DNA of 63,918 nt, counting the filler, from Corallochytrium limacisporum Hawaii (Eukaryota; Protista; Pluriformea), in assembly GCA_002811645.1 (NCBI GenBank). It is 4 parts of 4 records of this genome, joined end to end, with 100 filler letters (N's around TTAATTAATTAA, not from the genome) between each part and the next. Parts side by side here need not be neighbours in the genome. Positions count along the whole stretch, not along the records: positions 43,118 to 61,563 come from PDIP01000270.1; 3 more parts are not named here. One strand, written 5' to 3'. The number at the start of each line of letters is the position of its first letter. Within the stretch, counting starts at the first letter, position 1. The notes below the pieces were generated by a model that was not told the origin of the DNA, searched no databases, and saw only the letters and a program-made list of their open reading frames with translations. Of the stretch, positions 47,301-60,170 are shown piece after piece. A program made the translations under genes and the position numbers.

Positions 47301-50300
47301 ACTGTCCATTACAGCCAGTGGTCTCAGCGACTCATTTGTTATCCGCACCACACCCCGTCCAAATGTCCTTTATCGATAAAGGGTCTACCTGCCCCGTCTC
47401 TGTACACAGACGTTGATAAATCTGCGAATCCTTTGTGTCCAGTCCACCTCGTACACCACCCAGCGCCGTCTTTGGCTCTCCCACTCTCAATTTTTCTTGT
47501 CGCGGCACCCGCACGAGAAGTGTAAGGTTAGATGCAAACGAGTGGGAATTTGGACTCTCTCATCGGTCCGTCAAGAGTGCATATAGGTTTTTCAACCACC
47601 GACATGACTCGCAAAAAGCTGACCCGCCAACTGAACACGGACGTGTTCTGACCCTGTCGCGTTGTTGTACTATTGCTTTTTGCAGCAGACGTGTAACAAG
47701 GATGAGAGTTATGGTCACGAAGGAGATAGGAAAGATGTGCCGGGGTTCTGAATCGCACGGCACCTTCGGTTTCCGTCGCTGTCGTAGCAGTCGGCTTTCG
47801 CCATGACGGAAGAATGCTACGCTGTCCACGGTCCAATATTCAAGTCCAACCATTTTGGTTTTTTTGCAACTGGTCGTTGATGTGCCCAGGCTGAGTTTGT
47901 GGCCGTGTCATAAATTTTACGTCGGTGGTTGCGAAAACAAAAACTGTCTGGGCTACCGAATAAATTTGGTCGCAATCGCCCTGGTCAAATTACAAATGTG
48001 GTCCCAGTAGAATGGTAGTGGTTGGTTACCACAAAAAACCCTTCTGACTCCTTGAACGGTACTGTGAACAACTGGTTGAAGGGGGCTCTCTGTTCCTGGC
48101 CCTGTATCCATGTCAGCCAACAAAGAGGTCACTCAGGGGTCTGCAAACGGGCAGTATTGGTCTGGAGAATATAGACGCCGCTGGAATTTCCTGGAGGGCC
48201 AGAATAGTGCATGTTCGAGCTCATACACGAGGGTGACATTAACTCTTACTCGGATGAGAATTGGCCATCGACAAGGCCGCCACAGATTAACTTTGTGTGC
48301 GGAGATTGGCGGGGGTTTGACAGTAGAAGGTAGGTGCCCATTGGTGGCTGTCAACGAGGGTCTTAAAACTTTGGTACCGCTAGGTCATCATCATCTTTGC
48401 CTGCTGGTAGTCTGGAAGAGGCGATATCTAATGTTCTTATCTTCAAAGGAGCACAGGGATTCACCTGCTCGATGCTCGAAGCCCGATTGTCGATTTTTGA
48501 CCCGCACAAACTCCTCCCGATCTTTACCAATCTCCGGCGCTTGGAACACAGGCGATCTACTGCTATCTTGCTCGAATGCGCAAACTGACCCATGCTGCCA
48601 CTGGCACACTCGTCGCTGGTCTTGACCATATCGTCTACATGAAGCAGGAGATCTCAATACATGCACCCAATGTCTACCCCCGATCAGAGCAATTTGTTAG
48701 CGAGGATTCTGTTGCGTGGGACGGTCTTTTGTGAAACACGATGGACTGATGGCTGGTTGGTTGGGCACTCAGGAGAATATGTGACTACATAGGTATGTGA
48801 TTCTTGTGTAAGAATCAAAGAGGATCATTTTGTGTTGTAATTATGGTTCTTGGTGGGTATATACAGTAAGCAATTCCCACATATGCAATCAATCTCAATT
48901 TGAGCGTGCTTGGTCAGGCACTGTCACCCAGAGGGAAGAGATTCTAGTAACACAACCTGGTACTCTACTAGTTACCGCAACTAGCTATAATTCGGGGACT
49001 AAGAACCAAGATCTAGGAACCAGTGCCTTTCGTGGAAGCACCTGAGGTTTACGGAACAGTTGCTCCTTGAAACTATTACTGGGCAAGAACAGTAGAGGTA
49101 CATGTGTTGCAACAGCGTGGAATCGTTCCCGTCAGGACTTCTTCCATCTCCGCCACCGAATTGGTCGCCGTGATGCCAGCGGGGACGAACATTTGAGGCG
49201 TATTTCGGCGGTCTCGTGGTACTGGCACACTTGGTTTATAGAAGCATTGGTACACACTTCCCAAGGTGTGCACACCCTTATACATCCTAGATAAGAACAT
49301 CCAAGGCATTCATCGTAACTGGAACCTCACCACTAGCATGCCAGCCAAAGTAAGTTTGGCATCAGCGTGCTTAGTATTTAGCCATGTCAATATCTCAACC
49401 AAATGCCAGTACCACGTCCATTAGACCAGAGGGGTATTTATCACCATAGGCACGCAGAGCACTGCACTTCTACCACAAATTCGCCGGACTGTAGAAGTGA
49501 TGCCCCTCCCAAATTGGAATGGTGTCACAAAAAGCCACTGGTTCGTGCGCAGCGTGCTCTTCAGGTACGCCTGCCCGTCGTCCCGGATGTGCTTCCTGAC
49601 TACACACACAGGCACATTCACCTGGGACTGCCTCCCTTGCCCTTTCACCACCCTCCGGGTCCGTATTACGGTGGTATTGCAGTGACCGACACTCTGAATG
49701 AAGGGGGACGTCAGTCTATATTAAAAAAAAGCCCTTGTTGCTGCACGCTACACTAAGGATATTTTTCCCTTCCATTGCAAAGGGGAAGGGGGGGGGGTTT
49801 GCATTCATTTATTACCGCAATGTTACGCTAACATGCCCAAGGAAAAAATATAGAATAAGAGCGAGAGAGTGGGCGGGTCAGCCAACAAACGCCGAAAAAG
49901 CGGGGGCGGCCGGGCACATGGTGTCCTTCACCCCTACCCTCCACTCGCATTTGCATTTTTATCTTGCGGATGTTATTTGCATTGCCACTTCCTGAAGATT
50001 TTCATTTCCTACAGCATGGTGTTTTGGCGTTGGGCAGAACACTGTCTTCCCACGTAGCATGCTGGATCAACATGCCGTATGGTACCGCGACGTTCGGCAG
50101 AGCAAGGGCACAAGGAGTTCTTCCGCGCAACTTGGTCAGAGCTGCATACATATGGACAGATCCACGAGTCTACCCGTAAATAACTTTCCTTATAAAGTAA
50201 GTATGAGGTCCGCTTATGACATTGTGTACCAGTTGTCGTATCTCTTTCGTTCTGAAACCCGAATCAAAACGAAAGTGTGGCACAAACAGGTGCAGGCCCA

Positions 50301-51691
50301 GTAGAAGTCGCCCTCATAGGTACACATGTGTTCATTGCAGCTTTCGTGAACCGACATTGTGCACAAAACTCTTGACACCATGACCGTCACGTTGGTGAAC
50401 ACACGCAAAAGTCATTGTCGAGTCGTCTTCCCAAAAAGCCCCGAATCTCACAAGGATTGCAGCAAACATGGCAAAACCTACGCCTATTTTGGGAAAAAGA
50501 TTGCGTTCGTTTTGATCATGAACTACAATGGTGCGTGCGCATCAACATATGTCCTTTGCGCATTCCGTTCATCTCATGATCAGTCACATCCTCTCAGCCG
50601 AATAGCACATTGCATATCCAGCTCTCGAGTGGTGCTACTGAGACCATTGTCCAATTCGCCTGCTTGCTGCTTTGGTATTGAAGTCCGGCAAGGACGAATC
50701 GGACGACAACACCGACCGGCCCATCCATTACCCAGAGTTGCAGCATCCTCACAGAGCATCTTTTTGGCTGCCATTTGCTGTTAGATGGTCATGAGCTTGA
50801 GGTCCGTACGGTTTGAGGTGTGTTTGTACATTTGAACACACCTCTTTGACTCCGAAGTATTGTGCAATCAGACAAGAATGCTTGGCTGAGGGTGGTGATG
50901 TTGTCCTCTTTGTAAACGGATCATTCCAGAAAGTAAAAAATGAACTGAATCCATCAGCCGTCACCCACAAATTGAGTGTAGTAGTGACATGCTTACATAT
51001 GTCGCTGTCTTTGATGGGTGGGAAGGACGAGATGTTTTTTTTCCTTTCTTTTTTTTTTTTTTGGGATGCCGACGGTACTGAGCTTAAATTCAATTCCTTC
51101 AGCTGGAGCATATGGTTTCTCATCAGATCATGCGCAATGTGTATCTGTTCAATGTTCAGCAAAGTCAAGGCGGGCTGCCTCCATTGGACTTCGGAGTTCA
51201 TGGTGCGAAACTTAAGCACAGTGCATCATCTTGAGCCGCCTACATATTAAAATTTGGTTCAATCCTGCAGGTTTAGCTGTGCGTGGTTGCGATGTACGAA
51301 GATTGGTTCATGATCATAATACTGCTCAATTGTGTAGCAAGAAAGACGTCAGAAACTCTCAAAGAAGATAAACCCGACATTGCTGTTGCTGCCAAACATT
51401 CGTTTCGAAGTTGTCTGCTTTGTAGAGATAAGTGTCGTTGCACGCAATGTAGGTGACGTGTGTCCAAGTTCAAGGAGGGCTAGAAGGTCCCGTGTGTCCC
51501 CCCGGGGGGGGGGGAAGGGTGGGCTGGTGAGCAGGCAGTCTTGCGCAACTGCGGGAGAGTGATGCGATGTTCTTTGCGGTCCATACTCTTCTGCGCACGG
51601 AAGTATCCGGATCTTTTTGATACTCAGTGCTGTGGAGAAGTTGTACGGATAAATTCCCTGCCATCCAAAGACTCGAAGGGGATCAGATAGA

Positions 51692-51700
51692 GGTATTTAA
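51692..51700 (+). promoter_or_regulatory. TATA-like motif GGTATTTAA
   Basis: 110 nt upstream of ATG 51802. Confidence 0.6.
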
Positions 51701-51801
51701 AGGACAATTCCGGAACCCACAAGAGAAGATCACCCTCAGATCAGTCACATACTCAGCGCCTAGACTATTACATAGACTAGCACTACATCAAATCATTAAC
51801 A

Positions 51802-53124
51802 ATGTCCGTCAACGATCTTGTTCTTGCGTACACCAACGCATTTCTTTACCTTTACCCGCTGGTAAGTATGGATGCTACGCACTCTACCTACGCAGTCGAT
51901 GACAACACATTTGATCACAAGCGTGCCTTCCCCCCTGCCGACTTTCGTCAAGTCGTACGCCCCAACTTTGACACTCTCTACTCCACGATGTGGGGCAATG
52001 TTGAACTTGGTCCGGCAGTTCTCACTATGCCCGAGAAGCAGGATGATAAATTGGTCATGTTACAAATGCTGGACATGTACACAGATACATTTGCCACCCC
52101 AAGCAACACCAATCAAGGTGATTGCACGCAGTTCTTTATCCATTTGCCCACCTGGAAGGGTGTGATCCCGGAAGGCATGTGTGAAATTGTTACCCCCACA
52201 GCTTCCTTCTGGCTCCTGGGCCGTCTGCAATCCGATGGTACGGACTATGAATTTGTAAACGATCTGCAGGATCAGCTTGACTTGGACCCCCTGGACAACG
52301 TTAACAGCACCCTAGGTGAAGATCTTAACCGTATCCGTCCACAAAAACTAGCTCTTGCTCCCAAGGACGACATCCGTAACTTAACCGCATATGAGTATTT
52401 TGAGTATGGTTTGAATCTTATGGAGATCTACGGCACTCATGCCACCGACTTCGATATTGCTAAATCCATGCAGAACATCGGCCTGACTCTGGAGGGCATC
52501 GAGGCAAGAAACCCTTCTCAAACCGCGGCCATGGTAATGGCAAAGAAGTTGGCGTATCAGATCATGGACGCTCCTCTTGACAAGGACTTGAGCAATGGCT
52601 GGTCCTACAACACTGCCGGCATTGGCGTCTACGGCAACGGCTACGACTTCCGCGCCGTGGTCGCACACGTCGGTCTGGGTGCCAACCCACCGACCTGGGC
52701 TATATACCCTGTGCTGGAGGAGGACTCTGACGGTGAAGCACCCACCGGAGACGAAATGTACCGCTTCCATTTCGAACAGGACGATATCCCTCCGGCCAAG
52801 GCCTTCTGGTCAATCACTATGTATGATGAGGAAGGCTTCCCTGTGCCCAACGAGATCAACCGTCAAGCCATCGGAAGCATGACCCAGGGACTGGTGTACA
52901 ACGCAGACGGCTCCCTAGATATCTACATGGGTGCTGAGAAACCCGTGGATCCTGAGAGGGCCGCTAATTGGCTCCCAAGCCCGGCAAATGGCCCCATTGG
53001 TGTGACCATGCGCATCTACCTGCCGTCCATCCAGGCGCAGAAAGGCAACTATGTTCCTCCGGCCGCTGTCAAATTTGACTATCAGAACGACGAGGTTCTA
53101 GAGAGTGGTCACTACTTGGATTGA
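51802..53124 (+). CDS. DUF1254/DUF1214 domain protein, prokaryote-like
   Basis: AFLYLYPLV, PNFDTLYS, DMYTD, YGNGYDFRA, PPAKAFWSITMY, NADGSLDIY, NWLP, MRIYLP motifs. Confidence 0.9.
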   Translation: MSVNDLVLAYTNAFLYLYPLVSMDATHSTYAVDDNTFDHKRAFPPADFRQVVRPNFDTLYSTMWGNVELGPAVLTMPEKQDDKLVMLQMLDMYTDTFATPSNTNQGDCTQFFIHLPTWKGVIPEGMCEIVTPTASFWLLGRLQSDGTDYEFVNDLQDQLDLDPLDNVNSTLGEDLNRIRPQKLALAPKDDIRNLTAYEYFEYGLNLMEIYGTHATDFDIAKSMQNIGLTLEGIEARNPSQTAAMVMAKKLAYQIMDAPLDKDLSNGWSYNTAGIGVYGNGYDFRAVVAHVGLGANPPTWAIYPVLEEDSDGEAPTGDEMYRFHFEQDDIPPAKAFWSITMYDEEGFPVPNEINRQAIGSMTQGLVYNADGSLDIYMGAEKPVDPERAANWLPSPANGPIGVTMRIYLPSIQAQKGNYVPPAAVKFDYQNDEVLESGHYLD

Positions 53125-54209
53125 ACTTCCAGCGTTGGGGATGTTCTAAAACCGATGCAGAGGGTGTGTTCCTCACGTTGGCCTCCTGTAGTAAGTAAAT
53201 AAAGAAGGATGCTCACCATCTTGTTCACGAGTTGATAGTGAGTATCCAGTTTCGCATGACAACAGAAGATCATATCAGTATAAGGAAATTTGGACAACCA
53301 ATATATATATATATATATCAAGATGCGTCAGATAACGAAATTAAGTCTCACGCATTCGCTACTCTTGTTTCTGGATACCGTTCTGACGCCAAGGCCGACT
53401 GTCATTACTATAGGCTCGGGAGCAAACCTGGGACACTCGGCGGATCCATTGAATTCAGCAGGTGCTCGATTGTAAAGAGTATATTTCACCATTTAGGTAT
53501 TAATTGGAAAACCGTTAAATCCGTCACCCTCAAAAGGGAAATCGGTGGTGAAACAATGTGAATGGGGATCTTGGAAGACGTGACAGCTTTGATTCAGATC
53601 CTACTTCCGTTATATCGAGCCACACACTGTGGAGCAAATTATGTCGTTCCCATGACTGTAACCATCTAGAGTGATTGGAACGGATCACCTCTCTCCCCGC
53701 AGCCGCAACGCTCTAATTCACACTCTTCACTCTCGGTGTTGTAGGTGCATTTACTAGTTGTAGTCCTCCATCGGCGGAAGTCGGGGCGCTTTTGGAGAAA
53801 TCCCTGCGGACTGAGAGGACATTAATCAATCCTTGAGTGTGACGAATCGTCTACTACTCGCCGTCCAAAGAATTTCGTCCTAGGTCTTCGGCGGGCTGAT
53901 GGGAGGGGAAAGATGTGGAACGAGGCGGACACTCAGTGAGCCAGCCAGTCGCTGATGGTGTACACTGCTTGCCCTCGCGATTCGGACGGCAGGCCAGAGA
54001 AGAAGACTTTCGGGTTGTCACTGGTAAGCTTATGTATCGCAATCGGAAGGATGCCATCCCGTCACTATCCCCTTCTGTTCCCACCATATTTCTCCTCCGA
54101 TTCATCTGCTCAGGTATTCATAAACCTGAGCCTTGGATCGGGACACTGGATAAGATCACAAACCTCGGAGCCCCAGTGACGAACCAGAAGTGGTGAAACC
54201 AAGGAAACC

Positions 54210-55115
54210 ATGAAGGCACTCGAATTCTTTACGGTCAGTGTATTTGGTCTATGTGCGCTTGCCGCCCAGCAGACAGTAGCAATCGATGCGAACTGCACAT
54301 GGAATGACAATGGCCTTGCGGTGATCCCCGATGAATGGATTCTCGACACCAAGGGCTTCATTCCCGTAAAGACCTTTATTCAGCTTGCCCGGGAGGATGA
54401 CGGTATAGACGTAGAGATTGACTCTAGCCTCAGAATTGCCTACCGCGCCGATCCTAACATAAAGTGTTGTCAGGTTGCTGCAATCGGAGACAGCAACAGC
54501 AACACACCCGTAAACGATAAGTATTTCATGATCGAAACTCTTGGTGACGGAGTCCTACGTCTCTTCTACACTGCCATCAAAGATGCGGCCGCAAATTGCG
54601 TCCATGCCAATGCCCCAGCCTTAAACGAAGACGTGCTGACTGAACGCACCACGACCGATCGTCGAGAAATGTGGAAAGTGGATCCTTGTGCCTCTGAGTA
54701 CTCCAAATGGGTAGCCATTCCCGCCACTCTAGACGATGTAGACGTGTTCATATTGCAGTTAGAAGGCACGGATCTGTTTTGGGGCATTGATAGCCAGGAA
54801 AACCCCACACCGAACAACTACTTTATTAACATGAAACTAGTCAAGGAGAATGATCCTGGCATGTTCTTCGCTCGATTCCTTGCCGTGTCTCCAGACTCGA
54901 GAAACTATCCCGTTCAGTCCAGTATCCAGCATGGGTTGGTTGACGTTTGCTATCCATACTATTGGAGTCAAGATTTGTGGTTAAGTGAGGGAGACACAGT
55001 CCTCGATAACTTTCCCGATTGCCTTCTGTCAAGAGGAGACCCCGAAAGCTGGACAGACATATCGTTCCCCGGTATCGAGCCATTCCTGGAAAACGAGCGA
55101 GCATTTTGCCACTAA
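54210..55115 (+). CDS. Secreted protein of unknown family (paralogue of 5404-6315)
   Basis: 301-aa ORF, signal peptide, shared blocks NGLAVIPD, QLARxDDGID, RIAYR, KCCQ, MIETxGDG, RFLAVSP. Confidence 0.88.
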   Translation: MKALEFFTVSVFGLCALAAQQTVAIDANCTWNDNGLAVIPDEWILDTKGFIPVKTFIQLAREDDGIDVEIDSSLRIAYRADPNIKCCQVAAIGDSNSNTPVNDKYFMIETLGDGVLRLFYTAIKDAAANCVHANAPALNEDVLTERTTTDRREMWKVDPCASEYSKWVAIPATLDDVDVFILQLEGTDLFWGIDSQENPTPNNYFINMKLVKENDPGMFFARFLAVSPDSRNYPVQSSIQHGLVDVCYPYYWSQDLWLSEGDTVLDNFPDCLLSRGDPESWTDISFPGIEPFLENERAFCH

Positions 55116-55628
55116 TGCTGACGCAGTATGTATGAGAATGCAATGCCCACAGAATAACTGCGTTTAGTAGAAATTAGATGCTTAAGAAATGGTATCTCTT
55201 ATTCCATGTGCTCCAATATAATCTTAGGCGTAGCGCATCTCACTCGACAGCAAAGACTAGGGTACGTGATTTAGATTCTCTGAAAGTAGGGCCCCTGATC
55301 ACCCGTTTGATTTTGTTAGAAGAGGCTCAGTTTTCTGAAAAGCGGTCGCGAGGTTGACAAGCGGCTCGGCCAGATTGGGAGCTACGGGTTCCAGTGGATG
55401 GTACACTGGTAATTCGTCGTCTTCTTTCCTTCCCTGTGAATGAGCTCTGCGACCCCCGTTGGTCCATGTTTTCACAACCTACCCATCGGGCCATCTGGGG
55501 TTCAGAAACCACAACAATGATTCTTTCACCTGCAGAGATGGGCGATCATCACGTACTCCTTGTCCCCAAACCACTATGATGCTGAGTGATGATACGCCCG
55601 TTTTAGTGTGGAGCTCGTTTCCTGTCAA

Positions 55629-55707
55629 TGAAGGACAGTGCACCCACTGAAGGACAGCCCGCCCTAGTAAAGGACAGCGCCCCCTAGTGAAGGACAGCGC
55701 CCACTCG
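55629..55707. repeat. Minisatellite, four ~20-bp units with T(G/A)AAGGACAG core
   Basis: Cores at 55629, 55648, 55668 and 55688. Confidence 0.85.
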
Positions 55708-58216
55708 CTAAAGAATAGCTTCATGACACGTGTGGTAATGTAGCTCGGTTTGTTCATATGGATGCGGGATATGCGCGCGTGTTTGGTGTGTGAGTACATG
55801 TTCTTTCAGGTGCATGAGGATGATACGGCTACGGCTGCAATGCGCAACCCCAAGTCCGCCCATTTTCTAGCATCTGGGAGTAGACCCAAATATGTCAGCA
55901 TGCCAGTCAAGATTCAAGTCCGTCCTCATGACTACCGTCGCCATCGTCGACACTGTCATAAGGGGACAGAGGAACTGGTCTGCTGCATGTGAAGAATTGC
56001 CAGTACCTTTGACACCGAATTTTCTTTGAAGTGGTGTCAACAAATCAGCAGGGACCTCTATGCACATAATCTGGGCACGTAGTACGCAGCCTACACAAGA
56101 GCACATTCCACCTTAGGTAATTCTGCATGGATGCACCCTTTGTTGCGATCGCGGAAGCGTTTCCACGGGGGTACCAAGATTCCTAGTTATCGTTGTGGAA
56201 GTGTTTGTGGCATTGGCTCCTGACGGGCTGTGACCTCAAAGGTCTGTAGGCAGCATAGGGATTGATGGTGTTTCAAGGTTTTCCTAGCCACATGCGGATT
56301 CTGTTGAGACTAGAATACAAGAAGAATGGCCGCAGAGAGCAGACAATGCGGACAAAGAACTATTTTCGGCAACAATGGGTTACAGGTATTCGTTGAGGGG
56401 GCAGTTGCAGGACCGGCGCGATCTCTCAAAGGGCGGATTCGGACCCTTCACGAGGGAATTGCAAATCACAAGGGTCTCGACTAAGTTATACGCTCCGTAG
56501 GATATCAGATAACTATTCCTGGAGACAGAAAATGATCCCCCGCCATTGCAGAGCCACTCTTGTATCCAGTAGAAGGTAAGAAAAAGTGCCGAGAGGGAGG
56601 GAGGTGGGGGGAGCTGGTAAGAGAGGGTGGGGGCCACAAAGAGACCTTATTGGTGGGATTCATGTCGTAACTGCTCGTTCTGGCCTCAGAAGCCCTCAGA
56701 AACCATCTGCTTTTGAAGTTGATGCCGGGGACAAGGGCTACCAGATTTTGGACGCGGTGCAGGGGTATCCATTCCTTCAGTGAACCATTCATCCTTGTTG
56801 ACCACTACTCTCTCCCGGACTTTACGTGTCACCGAATGCCGATGTAGAATCCTCGTTTGCGAGTGTGCGGTTCGGACTGACATGGGTCTGTGTCGAACCC
56901 ACATATGCCTCTCGAAGTACTGCGAAATGCGTCATGCAGGGACATCTGTCCATGTTTCTGCTGCTACAGCAGCTGCGGTCGAGCCTATAAGTCCAAGAAT
57001 ATTACTCTAGACCTTAACAATGGAATAGTTCATGAACTGACATTCTGCATGTAGAGACGTAAACAAGGACATATTTTCTGCACCAAACGCCTACATGCAG
57101 CCAGTCCAGGGCAGAGTTCGCACACTAATGAATTCTCGCAATGTAACCTTTGGACTCCTCAAGGAAGAATCATTCATCACAAGGGTCTCGAATAGTTGCT
57201 TCGCTCTGTAGGATATCTGATAACATTTCACGAGCATGAAGGCGTAGGGATAGAATTGTGGAATAGGAATGCAGAGCAACTCTCAACCACCCCCACCCCA
57301 TCTTCGTTGAAAGTCTTCGGCTCTGTGTCTACCCACCAGGGCCCAACTCCTCCTACTGCGCAGGAGCAGGCCTTTCGACGGTGGCCTTCCTGTAACCAGC
57401 ACCCGCAGAAACCCCCAACTCTCCCTCCCAGTCACAGTTCAGTTTTCCGACCGTTTCGGTACTGCGACTCCCCGCTCCCTTCCTCAGCACTGTATTCTTC
57501 TCCCTCCGCCCCTCAGGCTCGTGCTCTATTGTCTCGCGGAGGTCTTAGGAATTCCCTCAGCAAAACACCACCCACTTCGACGACCGGCAGGAGGAAAGGG
57601 CCGGCGTTGGGACGAGAGGGATGGGGGTGGTTTGATTGTCCCAAAAACCCAGAGGGTTACCCGACCTGGCCGCCCTCTCCCTCCCGGGACGACCAAGCTT
57701 TGAGCACGAACAGAAACCCGTGCTGGAGAGGGTGGGGGAAAAAGAGGAGCCGCCAATGGGCGAGGAACCGAAGGTATAGAGTACGCCCCCAAAACTACCA
57801 TATCCGTAACATCGCTGCGCGCGCCGGGTCCTCGTCGCCAACCTGCAAGGCACCAGGGAGAGGGCCACCCAAATTGCTATATTCTTGTCATCGTCGCGCG
57901 TGCAATCGAGCTTTGGGTGGTTAGGCAGTACAGCACGTCATTGACCACCTTGGTTGTGAAAGAAGACCATGGCCGGAGGGGTGGAGATTTATGATAGACT
58001 CAGCCAAGGTACACCAGCCCCCAGTTTACTTTCCCCGGTTGCACGACTGGAGTATATGTCCAGCCAGTCAATGTCCCATGCAATATTAGCATGTTTACGA
58101 TAGATACTGATATGGTAACTTGGAGGCGTATCTTTCGAGGCGACACCCAACGTGGGGAAATGATTCAATCACCTCTTTCGGGCCGTCTCCTTTCCGTCTG
58201 CTTTGATCTCGGCGCG

Positions 58217-58225
58217 GGTATTTAA
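58217..58225 (+). promoter_or_regulatory. TATA-like motif GGTATTTAA
   Basis: 135 nt upstream of ATG 58352. Confidence 0.6.
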
Positions 58226-58351
58226 GATTGCGATCGTCGAAGTCCACAATGACTCACTGTCTCATCAACCCAAGCCCTTAAGGTTTATACTTATAGCTTT
58301 ATACGTATTCGTTATCCTACTGACTGCTGAGGTCTGAACTAACCAAAAAAT

Positions 58352-59929
58352 ATGCATCTTCTGGATATCATGATCTCTGCCTTGATGGCCACCACGCTGG
58401 TTCGCGCCGCACCGAGTCAAGTTGACGAAGATCACACCCTTGTAAAACGAGGACTTGACTGGGATGACTATGCATGGCAATTCAATGGATTTGGTCCATG
58501 TCCAGCGGATGATCATTTTGTTTTTGATGAATGGGTTGGTAACGATACTTTTTGGAAAGGCATCCTTCCCGACCATGACTTCAACATGTTGAATTGGGGT
58601 TACATTGACATCACACCCCTGTACGAAGCTGTGGCTGAACTGAGCACCGATTTTGAAGAGTACATCGAAGCCAATCTTGGTAGCTTCAAACGTCACGACG
58701 AAGATGGTAACTTGGATGTCTGGAATTCCTATATCACCAAGTTGAACACTGTTACAGCTCCCGTCCTTATGTCCCCCTTCGCGGTCGAAGTCACGGGAGA
58801 AAACTATGATAAGTGGAAAAGGTGGTGGGATGCTCTTCATGAATTGCTACCCCCTTTCTCGAAAGACTACCTATGCAGAGGCGATGCAAACGATATGCAG
58901 TTCAAACCGAAGAAACTGAGCTTCCTCATTGGTACCGATCCCGATGAGATCATGTATAATGAGTACTACAGCCGCCAGGAACCGACCATCATTGATACGA
59001 AAGCTTGGTTGGCGTACACCAAGAATAAGATAAGCTCACCGAATACTATGATTTCGACTAACAACGCTGCTCAGTGCGCTCAGGCAACTTTCAGCTATGT
59101 TGAAGAGATTACTGAGTCAACGGAGGCAAGCTCTACGGAAGAGTACAACAAATCAGTAACTGCGTCGACGTCCGTGGAGGTCAGTGCCAGTGTTGAGGGC
59201 AGCTTTGCGGGCATTGGCGGCAGTGCATCCACCACAATTACCGCTGGACTTGAAGCCACAGCTGGCAAGTCCACACAAACCTCTGAGAGTGTCTCATATG
59301 GATACACAACTACCACCACCTACGACATATCTCCTATTGTCAGGCCTGATAGTGTGCTCAATGTGACCATGTGGGTCGACCAATATGAGGCTGACATCAT
59401 TTTCACTGGAGACGCAAACTATGATGATGAGTACTCAGGTGTTACAATGCACATTGATGGGTATCAAAGACAGGGAAATTGGTGGAGAGATGGCCCTACT
59501 CCTTTCCTCAATGGGATCGCGTCCGGCCATATGGTGACTCCAAAGCAGATCCGAGAAGTTGTCCGCCTTGCTATGGATGTGATCGGTGCCAAATGGAGCG
59601 AAGCTTTCGTCCACACAATGACCGCTGTATCCTTTGAAGGTCGCGCACACTCTGTGGCTGGTGACAATGTGCATATGGAAGTCAACGAATGCAATATTCA
59701 CAGGGTTCCCCCGAATCAGTGCTCACCAAGTCTGGCTGACGCACATCCCCCAACCACGGTTTGCGACAATATGGCCTTGGCTAGCGAATCGGGACTTTCG
59801 TTTGCTCTGGACAATGTGCCAGAAGATTGTTATCAATTTGATCCTATCAAAAACCACCGGAACCGGTACGTCATCAACATGAAGGACGAGTGCAAGCAGT
59901 ATGTTGTTACGGGAGTAACGCAACTATAA
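58352..59929 (+). CDS. Secreted aerolysin/ETX-MTX2-like beta pore-forming protein
   Basis: Signal peptide, pro-segment ending LVKR, Ser/Thr-rich strands flanking alternating hairpin TSVEVSASVEGSFAGIGGSASTTITAG, followed by IVRPDS motif. Confidence 0.8.
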   Translation: MHLLDIMISALMATTLVRAAPSQVDEDHTLVKRGLDWDDYAWQFNGFGPCPADDHFVFDEWVGNDTFWKGILPDHDFNMLNWGYIDITPLYEAVAELSTDFEEYIEANLGSFKRHDEDGNLDVWNSYITKLNTVTAPVLMSPFAVEVTGENYDKWKRWWDALHELLPPFSKDYLCRGDANDMQFKPKKLSFLIGTDPDEIMYNEYYSRQEPTIIDTKAWLAYTKNKISSPNTMISTNNAAQCAQATFSYVEEITESTEASSTEEYNKSVTASTSVEVSASVEGSFAGIGGSASTTITAGLEATAGKSTQTSESVSYGYTTTTTYDISPIVRPDSVLNVTMWVDQYEADIIFTGDANYDDEYSGVTMHIDGYQRQGNWWRDGPTPFLNGIASGHMVTPKQIREVVRLAMDVIGAKWSEAFVHTMTAVSFEGRAHSVAGDNVHMEVNECNIHRVPPNQCSPSLADAHPPTTVCDNMALASESGLSFALDNVPEDCYQFDPIKNHRNRYVINMKDECKQYVVTGVTQL

Positions 59930-60170
59930 CCCTATCCGAAGAAAGCTCGCCTAGCAACGTTGTCTTCGTTGTTGGGTGTATGTGATGGAGAGGGACTCTC
60001 AATCACACATCACCATCACTAAGTGAAAACTTAAAAAAAAAGAAATGTCCGGTGCCCAGTGATCATCACCCCATGATCTTTGATGTATTAAAGCGCTATT
60101 TGTTTTATTCTCTGTATGATTGTCAAATTAACCCTTCGGCGCAAACTAGCTTTGAGAGGATTGCACCGAT

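Noticed and set aside
57196-57924. 242-aa Pro/Arg-rich ORF
   Set aside because: Non-ATG start, GC-rich low complexity, no domain signal
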